Source: Chlorobiota bacterium (GTDB taxonomy: Bacteria; Bacteroidota; Bacteroidia; JAADEI01). Taken from it: a stretch of DNA of 54,091 nucleotides. The position numbers were made by a program, and so were the translations under genes. Location: NCBI GenBank assembly GCA_013153515.1, contig JAADEI010000081.1:1-54091 (forward strand). The letters run 5' to 3'. The notes below the pieces were generated by a model. That model was given only the letters and a program-made list of their open reading frames with translations. It was not told the origin of the DNA and did no database searches. This document shows, piece after piece, positions 47,891 through 54,091 of the stretch (its first letter is position 1; every line of letters starts with the position of its first letter).

Positions 47891-48202
47891 ATGGAGAAGA
47901 AGCAAGAAATTCAACAACAGATAAACATTGAGTTGCCCAAGGAAGTGGCAGAGGGAATCTATGTCAACTTGGTAGTTGTTACCCATTCACCGGCGGAATT
48001 CATTTTTGATTTCATAACCATAATGCCGGGAGTTCCTCAGGCACGGGTCAGGTCAAGGCTCATCATGAGTCCTGTTCACGCAAAGAGGTTTTTGCAAGTG
48101 TTGAAGGAGAACATAGCGAGGTATGAAGCGATGCATGGCGAAATACCCACTTCGGAACAGTTTTTGCCTGATTCATTCATGGGACCAAGCGGAAAGGCTT
48201 GA
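47891..48202 (+). CDS. DUF3467-family protein
   Basis: QINIELPKEVAEGIYVNLVVVTHSPAEFIFDF...VRSRLIMSPVHAKRF...LKENIARYE. Confidence 0.88.
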   Translation: MEKKQEIQQQINIELPKEVAEGIYVNLVVVTHSPAEFIFDFITIMPGVPQARVRSRLIMSPVHAKRFLQVLKENIARYEAMHGEIPTSEQFLPDSFMGPSGKA

Positions 48203-48230
48203 ACCATTAACCTTGAAAAATCTGAGAACA

Positions 48231-48446
48231 ATGAGGAAAGTGATAATTGGGATTGTTTTGATGGCTGGCTTGACATTCGGAGCATGCCAGAAATGTGCTC
48301 AATGCACCGCCGTTGACCAACAAACAGGAGAGGTTGTGTCACAGAACGACATTTGCGGTAGCGACCAAGAGATTCAGGCATACGAGGAGGACTGCCAAAG
48401 TCAATACAGTGTTGTGGGAGCCAATTGCACATGCCAATATCAGTAA
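48231..48446 (+). CDS. Small cysteine-rich lipoprotein
   Basis: MRKVIIGIVLMAGLTFGA-C lipobox; six more Cys in the 53-aa mature chain. Confidence 0.75.
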   Translation: MRKVIIGIVLMAGLTFGACQKCAQCTAVDQQTGEVVSQNDICGSDQEIQAYEEDCQSQYSVVGANCTCQYQ

Positions 48447-48463
48447 AAGCATCACACAGTTAG

Positions 48464-49213
48464 TTGGACTCTGAAAGACTAATGGAGGTTGTTCATTCGT
48501 GGCGGGAGTGGTTTGAGCGTCCAGAGTATTCCCTGCTATATTCTCACAGGAATGAACAAGAGGCTCTTCAAATCGTGAAATTAATTTATGCCTCAGGACT
48601 ATTGCCAGACAATTCTCTTGTCTTAGATGCGGGTTGCGGGTATGGACGCCTTTCATATTGGCTTGTGAAGAAGGGTTTGCGGGTTGTGGGAGTGGACATT
48701 TCGCAGAGAATGATTTTGGAGGCAGGGAGGCGTGTTCCAGAAGCCACTTTTTTAAGGCACGACCTTCGTTTTCCTTATTGGGACTCTCTGTTTGATTCCG
48801 CAACAAGCATATTTTCCAGTTTTGGATACTGGGAGGACGACCTGCATAATTTTTCAATGTTAACAAGCATTAGCAGGGCTCTTCGTGTTGGCGGACTGTT
48901 TGTTCTGGACTATTTGAATCCCTACTTTGTCAAGAGCAATCTAACACAACAAGAAATTATATCCAAGAACGGCAAGACATTCCACATCAAGAGATGGATA
49001 GCCAATAACATGGTTTATAAGGAGATTGTATGGGAAGAAAGGAACACCACATGGAGATTTAGGGAACAATTGAAATTATTTGACTACCCTACTCTAACCG
49101 GAATGCTTGAATCCGCCGGATTAATTCCCGTTCAAGTTTATGGAGGATATTCCGGCAAGCCTTTTAACGCTAAATCTTCTGAAAGAACAATTATTTTTAG
49201 TATAAAGGCTTAG
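48464..49213 (+). CDS. Class I SAM-dependent methyltransferase
   Basis: VLDAGCGYGR, VGVDIS, HDLR, SIFSSFGY, GGLFVLDYLN. Confidence 0.9.
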   Translation: MDSERLMEVVHSWREWFERPEYSLLYSHRNEQEALQIVKLIYASGLLPDNSLVLDAGCGYGRLSYWLVKKGLRVVGVDISQRMILEAGRRVPEATFLRHDLRFPYWDSLFDSATSIFSSFGYWEDDLHNFSMLTSISRALRVGGLFVLDYLNPYFVKSNLTQQEIISKNGKTFHIKRWIANNMVYKEIVWEERNTTWRFREQLKLFDYPTLTGMLESAGLIPVQVYGGYSGKPFNAKSSERTIIFSIKA

Positions 49214-50076
49214 GAGAGTTTGTCTTTAACGAACTTAATCACCTTCCACGCTTCATCCACATTCCTTTGTTCCAACAAGTCTGCAATATATTTAAGAATT
49301 TCTTGCTTAGCATTTTGCGAATTCATAATTGCGACCACCACCGCCTTGCTCTGCGGTTCACCCTCTGGAACGTGAGGTTGCATAGACAATAACGCTTTGT
49401 GATTTAATGATAACTCTTCGCTTTCCCTAACAAAATCAGGCAACCCGTCTATTCCAATGCCTAAGCCCTTAGGAACCGGCACGTCCAACACATTTGACTT
49501 ATTAATGGTAGCATACCAGAGTCTGCCGAGTCGTGCTATGGGCTTTACTTTCCGAGGGTCAGGTCGTTTGCCTTTAAATAGCATATTTTCCCTAATGTGC
49601 CACACGACAACTTTGCCAATAACCATAAAATTCCTATCAGATAACTGTTTCACTTCCAATAATTCGCATTCAATATGAATAGGGCTTTCTTCAACCCGTG
49701 GAGTCCTGAGTTTTTCCGACGGAATCAAAGTCAATCCTGCTTTTTCCACTTCACTGACGCCATAAGGGAAGGGTTGGGAGGTCAATGCCATGGGATATAA
49801 GAGTTCTTCCGAAACCACGTTAACCACAAATTCCTTTGTTCTTTGAATGTTAATTAATGTGTCCTTCTGCGAACCATCTGGTTTGAGTGCTATTCCCACT
49901 GCTACTATTGGAGGATGGGAACTGAATGCATTGAAGAAACTGAAAGGAGCGAGATTGACCGAGCCGTCTTCATTGAGGGTTGTTATCCACGCTATTGGTC
50001 GTGGCACCACAGACCCTATGTTCCACTGATGCCTGTCCACCGGGCTCTCTTGTTCTGGGAAGATGGTTCGCCACAT
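49210..50076 (-). CDS. Flavin reductase-like (DIM6/NTAB) FMN-binding protein
   Basis: VVPRPIAWITT, NLAPFSFFN, KDTLINI, EFVVNVV, ESPIHIECEL, IARLG. Confidence 0.9.
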   Translation of the reverse strand: MWRTIFPEQESPVDRHQWNIGSVVPRPIAWITTLNEDGSVNLAPFSFFNAFSSHPPIVAVGIALKPDGSQKDTLINIQRTKEFVVNVVSEELLYPMALTSQPFPYGVSEVEKAGLTLIPSEKLRTPRVEESPIHIECELLEVKQLSDRNFMVIGKVVVWHIRENMLFKGKRPDPRKVKPIARLGRLWYATINKSNVLDVPVPKGLGIGIDGLPDFVRESEELSLNHKALLSMQPHVPEGEPQSKAVVVAIMNSQNAKQEILKYIADLLEQRNVDEAWKVIKFVKDKLS

Positions 50077-50078
50077 GG

Positions 50079-51032
50079 TCAGTCTAATTTCCTGACTATA
50101 TTCCTGAGCCTGCCAATGTTCTCAACTTCAAGGATTATCTCATCATCTGGTTGGAGCCACCTGTCGTATAACCCTTCTTGCCTCAGTTCAACGAGGCAAC
50201 CCAGTCCCACAGTGCCTGAACCAAACACCTCACCGGGATATAGCGTTACGCCTTGGGAAGCCCTTGCAAGCACTTCGCCAAAGGTCCAGGTCTGGTTCCT
50301 GAATGTCCCTTCGCTTACTTTATTGCCATTAATAAATATTCGGAAATTGAGATTAAAAACTTTTCCTGTGTGTCCGGGCTCTAACGTATCAATGAGATAA
50401 GGCTCAAATTCATCCATAGTAACGAGGATTGGACCCATTGACGATGCGAATTCCTTGCCATGATGAGGTCCCATATTCATTTTCATTTCCCGACGCTGGA
50501 TATGTCTTGCAGTGAAGTCATTCCAGATGGTTACGCCAAAGACAACGTCAGTAAAGTCAGTTGGTTGCAAATCCCTGCATTCCTTTCCAATAACGATAGC
50601 CAATTCCAGTTCAAAGTCCAGTTCGTCCCAGAACGGCGAAGCAATGTGTAGGTCGCCGGGTCCCAAGACGGTAAGCGGGTTGCTATAATAATAAACAGGG
50701 AACATATCGTATTCGGGAGGGACATCCTGCCCTCTGGATGCTCTGGCTCTACGGACGTGTTCCCTGAATGTGTAGGCATCCCTGAGTGTCAACGGTTTGA
50801 GTGGCGGAAGAATTTTAAGTCCTTGAATGATGGGAATGCCTTTTTTATATAACTTTCCTGATTTAAGATTAGCAAACTGTTCTCTCAAGATTGCCTGACT
50901 ATCTGGGTTTAAGACAACATCAATGAGTCTGGAAGGCAATTGAGAATGGAGGTCTGTAAAAGGGATTGCTTCGGCACCCCACAATAAACCACTGACTTCT
51001 TCACCACTGTCTTCCCAAGTCAAAAGCCTCAT
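50079..51032 (-). CDS. Fumarylacetoacetate hydrolase family protein
   Basis: RDAYTFREHV, LDFELELAIVIG, TIWNDFTAR, GKEFASSMGP, GEVFGSGTVG. Confidence 0.92.
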   Translation of the reverse strand: MRLLTWEDSGEEVSGLLWGAEAIPFTDLHSQLPSRLIDVVLNPDSQAILREQFANLKSGKLYKKGIPIIQGLKILPPLKPLTLRDAYTFREHVRRARASRGQDVPPEYDMFPVYYYSNPLTVLGPGDLHIASPFWDELDFELELAIVIGKECRDLQPTDFTDVVFGVTIWNDFTARHIQRREMKMNMGPHHGKEFASSMGPILVTMDEFEPYLIDTLEPGHTGKVFNLNFRIFINGNKVSEGTFRNQTWTFGEVLARASQGVTLYPGEVFGSGTVGLGCLVELRQEGLYDRWLQPDDEIILEVENIGRLRNIVRKLD

Positions 51033-51098
51033 GGAATCACACGATTGTTATAGTTAAAAACCTAATATCAGTAAGACAAAACGCTAAGTCTTTGAATC

Positions 51099-51494
51099 TC
51101 ACTTACATTCCACCATCTTAGCCATAGCCTGATAGAGGGCTTGTTTCTCTTGTGGGTTTTCCACTGCTTCATAAATTTTATCTAACTCTTCCTGCAATTC
51201 CTTCAAGCGAGGGTATATCTTTTCTTTCTCATCGGCAGGAGTGTTATCGTTTGAATACTTACACCACAATTGGTTGTATTCCTCAACTAAGTTGTTCCAT
51301 TCGTAGTTTGCTGAAACATTTGTTTCGGCTGGTTGAACCACGACTTCCCCCTGTGTTTCCTGAGGCTGTTCCTGTTCCACCGATTCTGTATTGGCTTTTT
51401 CTTCTTCACCACCGACTGGTTCCTCTGTGGATTCGGATTGGCAAGCCCCAATGACCAATCCTGCAACCATAATCAATGTGAACAATTTCTTCAT
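51099..51494 (-). CDS. Acidic lipoprotein, hypothetical
   Basis: MKKLFTLIMVAGLVIGA-C lipobox (ATG 51494), acidic linker, helical C-terminal domain with 2 Cys; TATCTTTG promoter at 51511-51518. Confidence 0.75.
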   Translation of the reverse strand: MKKLFTLIMVAGLVIGACQSESTEEPVGGEEEKANTESVEQEQPQETQGEVVVQPAETNVSANYEWNNLVEEYNQLWCKYSNDNTPADEKEKIYPRLKELQEELDKIYEAVENPQEKQALYQAMAKMVECK

Positions 51495-51510
51495 AAACCC
51501 ATTTTTTTGC

Positions 51511-51518
51511 CAAAGATA
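51511..51518 (-). promoter_or_regulatory. -7 promoter element TATCTTTG
   Basis: Plus strand CAAAGATA, 16 nt upstream of ATG 51494. Confidence 0.65.
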
Positions 51519-51534
51519 AAGCAAGTTAATCATT

Positions 51535-51864
51535 TTATAATGACTTGATTATCTCTTTAAGATTGACGAAAAATTCTTCTATTTCGCCAAGCCTATCATA
51601 CATCTCAATCAGTTTCTTCCTTTGTTTGTCCTTTCCTGCCAACATCAAGTTCACTTGTTTGAGCGGAACCTTCAATTCTTCAACTAACCGCTTTACTTCC
51701 CTGAATTTCTGCACCTGTTCGTAAGTGTATAATCTATGTCCGCCACGGGTCCGCCGTGCCTTCAAAAATGGTAGATGCCTTTCCCAATATCTGATTCTGG
51801 CTATTGAAACGCCGATAAGCGATGCCACCTCACCAATCCTGAAATATCTTTTCTTATCACTCAT
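51535..51864 (-). CDS. MerR-family HTH transcriptional regulator (short)
   Basis: YFRIGEVASLIGVSIARIRYWE...RTRGGHRLY. Confidence 0.9.
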   Translation of the reverse strand: MSDKKRYFRIGEVASLIGVSIARIRYWERHLPFLKARRTRGGHRLYTYEQVQKFREVKRLVEELKVPLKQVNLMLAGKDKQRKKLIEMYDRLGEIEEFFVNLKEIIKSL

Positions 51865-53020
51865 AGTAAAGCCACTTGTTGTCTGGACTTCTGATGATTA
51901 CCTGTGGTTGCTTGCTGGAAGCGACATATCCCACCACCCGTGCTGATATATCAAACTCAGATGCCATCTCAATTATTTTTTGTGCTGTGTCGCCATCAGT
52001 GTATATCTCAAGACGCCATCCCATATTAAACACTTGATACATTTCTTTCCAAGATATATTGCCAGTTTCCTGAATCAACCTAAAGACGATAGGCGGAGCA
52101 AAGGGACTGTCTTTGACTACTTTCAACGGCTTGTTTTTAATGAAATTGAACACTTTGGTTTGCCCACCGCCCGTGCAGTGGATAATAGCATCAATCTTTT
52201 TACGGAATTTCTGCAACACCTGAACCATCAACGGCAGATAGGTCCTTGTGGGAGCAAGGAGGACATCCGCAACAGTCAAATCACAACTAACTTTTGAGCC
52301 AAGGTAATAGGGTCCCTGATAAACAAGGCTGAAGGGCAATGTGTCATCAACAGTTTCAGGATATTTTTCCGCATATTGCTTATTGAGAAGCGTATGTCTG
52401 GCAAGGGTTATTCCATTTGAACCAATGCCACTGTTATACGAGGTTTCGTAAGTGGTCATTCCGAAGGAAGCCAGTCCCACAATGACGTTCCCTTCCCGTG
52501 GCTGGGTCGGAATAACTTCTTCCTTTGAGGCTTCTGAATACACTGAAAAACCGACATCTATTGTTCTGATGAGGTCGCCCACGTCGGCTGTCTCACCACC
52601 CAAATGCCTTATCTCAACACCATGTTCCTTCATTTGATTAATAAAATTCATTGTGCCTTCAATAAGTGCTTCAAGCACCGATCCCGAAATCCTATGTTTG
52701 TTCCTTGCAATGTTGTTGACGATAGCGAATTTAGTTGAGAACCCATTGCATAACAGGTCGTCTGTGTTCATAACAAGGGCATCTACTGATATGGACTGCC
52801 ACACGTTCAAATTGCCTGTTTCCTTCCACATCAGGTAAGCCAGAATGGGTTTTGTGCCTGCCGTGTCCGTATGCAAGGACATATATGCATCTGGATTGCT
52901 AAAGTGCTTGGCGACACGCACAAAAGACCCTTCTATTTCCGACGGAGGCAATTGAGTTATCGCCTTATGAACCTCTTCCTTGGTTGCCGACACACCAAGT
53001 TGGTTATATCTCTCACTCAT
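51857..53020 (-). CDS. purM: Phosphoribosylformylglycinamidine cyclo-ligase (AIR synthase), long Bacteroidota form
   Basis: GVSATKEEVH, HTDTAGTK, VMNTDDL, GGETADVGD, GIGSNG, IHCTGGGQTK, EMYQVFNMG. Confidence 0.93.
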   Translation of the reverse strand: MSERYNQLGVSATKEEVHKAITQLPPSEIEGSFVRVAKHFSNPDAYMSLHTDTAGTKPILAYLMWKETGNLNVWQSISVDALVMNTDDLLCNGFSTKFAIVNNIARNKHRISGSVLEALIEGTMNFINQMKEHGVEIRHLGGETADVGDLIRTIDVGFSVYSEASKEEVIPTQPREGNVIVGLASFGMTTYETSYNSGIGSNGITLARHTLLNKQYAEKYPETVDDTLPFSLVYQGPYYLGSKVSCDLTVADVLLAPTRTYLPLMVQVLQKFRKKIDAIIHCTGGGQTKVFNFIKNKPLKVVKDSPFAPPIVFRLIQETGNISWKEMYQVFNMGWRLEIYTDGDTAQKIIEMASEFDISARVVGYVASSKQPQVIIRSPDNKWLYYE

Positions 53021-53084
53021 AGCATAGGCTAAATTAAGCCTTTTAAACTATAAGGTTGAAACAAAACGACAACAAAAATTCAAA

Positions 53085-53217
53085 TGCAGAGTTTCACAGA
53101 GTAGGGACGGAGTCCCACAGAGTTTTTGTTATATTTTCTAATTCTTACTCTGTGTAGACTGTGCATAACTCCGTGCGACACTGTGGTTTAAAAGAACTCT
53201 GAGTACACTGTGGTTTC
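53085..53217. repeat. Modular palindromic CACAGAG/CTCTGTG repeat element, copy 2 (inverted relative to copy 1)
   Basis: Units at 53085, 53095, 53106, 53116; inner stem CACAGAGT(53116-53123)/ACTCTGTG(53147-53154). 53196-53217 matches the reverse complement of 2449-2470 at 19/22. Confidence 0.85.
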
Positions 53218-53219
53218 TT

Positions 53220-53256
53220 AAAAAGAAACACTCTCAAATTCCGTATGAAGAGTGTT
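53220..53256 (-). terminator. Intrinsic terminator (minus strand)
   Basis: 8-bp stem AACACTCT(53227-53234)/AGAGTGTT(53249-53256) followed on the minus strand by TCTTTTT. Confidence 0.65.
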
Positions 53257-53340
53257 GAGGGCGGCATCATCGTTGTGATAATAGGGTTTTCAATAGCCAG
53301 AGGGCTATCTTAGGAGTCTGTGTGATACCGCCCTGCCCTT
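53220..53340 (-). ncRNA. Candidate structured small RNA / arsR 3' structured element
   Basis: 12-bp closing stem (53258-53269/53323-53334; its one irregular pair is G-U only on the minus strand), internal bubble, apical ATAGCC/GGCTAT hairpin, downstream terminator. Confidence 0.35.
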
Positions 53341-53375
53341 AAAGTCAAAAACTTAACAATTGTCCGAGAAGGCTA

Positions 53376-53732
53376 TTATTTCCCTGAGAGGTCTGCCATC
53401 ATCTTAAAGAACTTCTTGAAGAACTTCTTCCATTCTGGCTTCAGGGAATAATAAACTGTTCTGCCTTCACGCCTTGTGTTCACCACGCCCCAAGTTCTTA
53501 GTCTGGACAGATGGTCGCTAACTGTCTGCATTGTATAACCCAAAATTTCACTAATGTCGCAGGGAGTCAATTCGTCAAAGTGAGTGAGCAAGAGAAACAC
53601 TCTGAGGCGGGCTTCCCTGCCCACAGTGGCGTTAAACCGAGCCACCTCCTGTAACAACCTTTCGTTTTTCTCAACCAAATCGCGTCCTTTCAAAATCAAC
53701 TTTTGATCCACGCTATCTTTCTTGCAACTCAT
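53376..53732 (-). CDS. ArsR/SmtB-family transcriptional repressor
   Basis: RLRVFLLL...ELTPCDISEILG...VSDHLSRLR...GVV..RREGRTVYYSL winged HTH. Likely start MSCKK at 53732 (track start 53777). Confidence 0.9.
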   Translation of the reverse strand: MSCKKDSVDQKLILKGRDLVEKNERLLQEVARFNATVGREARLRVFLLLTHFDELTPCDISEILGYTMQTVSDHLSRLRTWGVVNTRREGRTVYYSLKPEWKKFFKKFFKMMADLSGK

Positions 53733-53861
53733 TGTCGTTTTTATTTTAGGTTTCATTAAATTAACGTAATGAGACAAAATAGTAGTTCCATAATAATTAC
53801 ATAACTAGCAAGTGTTAATTAATTACCCGTAGTATGCCTATGGAACTTATTCGCCGATTAT

Positions 53862-53979
53862 GGGTCACGGAGTCGCCAGAGTTAAAATAGAACTGTTGTT
53901 TCTTTTAGGTCACAGTGTTGCACAGAGTAAAAACGGAGTCCCACAGAGTTTTTATTAAATTCGTTGCTCTTCAATACTC
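53862..53979. repeat. CACAGAG repeat element, copy 3, truncated mid-motif
   Basis: 53921-53953 is 30/33 identical to 53095-53127. A 26-nt spacer is followed by ACTC (53976-53979), where intact copies read ACTCTGTG. Confidence 0.8.
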
Positions 53980-54091
53980 GTATGTTGCATTTAATGATGC
54001 TTGTGCTAACTTTAGGAGACATGAGAGAGGGACGGTTGCTGAGGCAGAATGTAGGGATAGATGTTAGCAAGTCCAGTTTTGAGGCTTGTTA
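53980..54091 (+). mobile_element. IS110-family insertion sequence, left end (runs off the window)
   Basis: Repeat homology stops at 53979; about 41-nt left end with AGGAG RBS, then the transposase start. Confidence 0.65.
54021..54091 (+). CDS. IS110-family transposase/recombinase, N-terminal fragment (partial)
   Basis: Translates MREGRLLRQNVGIDVSKSSFEAC. VGIDVSK is the first motif of the IS110 DEDD RuvC-like domain. AGGAG at 54014-54018. Too short for the ORF track. Confidence 0.75.
   Translation, partial: MREGRLLRQNVGIDVSKSSFEAC

Noticed and set aside
53021-53375. Purine or ZTP riboswitch controlling purM
   Set aside because: Conserved aptamer nucleotides not found, and a terminator plus repeat separate the structured element from purM.
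1-54091. tRNA/rRNA genes
   Set aside because: No cloverleaf or rRNA-like sequence seen; the intergenic gaps are short and otherwise explained (not tool-verified).

Overview
A mostly core-genome window from a Bacteroidota (Bacteroidia-type) bacterium. The lineage call rests on repeated TAnnTTTG -7 promoter elements, DUF3078/DUF4270-type genes, a long-form PurM and a dcw cluster without murF/ddl. A complete reverse gyrase (22198..25719) suggests a thermophile (inference). Contents: purL, a GT4-glmS operon, an aminotransferase/Na+-symporter operon, ung, pstCA, an EEP nuclease-SBP-rgy operon, the full dcw cluster with MraZ boxes, a TPR/OM-barrel/SPOR operon, FAH plus flavin reductase, purM, an ArsR regulator and the first 23 codons of an IS110-family recombinase at the right edge. 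Highlights: (1) the dcw FtsZ has substitutions in nearly every GTP-binding/hydrolysis motif; (2) a modular CACAGAG/CTCTGTG palindromic repeat family occurs three times, and the third copy is cut mid-motif exactly where the IS110 element begins, suggesting a bridge-RNA recombinase targeting this repeat; (3) the family-1 UNG has an N-terminal clamp-binding/PIP-like motif; (4) MurC and MurB are fused in frame, with a single Trp codon at the joint; (5) a candidate structured sRNA overlaps a 22-aa hydrophobic ORF beside arsR. No rRNA, tRNA or CRISPR array was recognised. All family calls come from motif recognition by eye; no database search was run.
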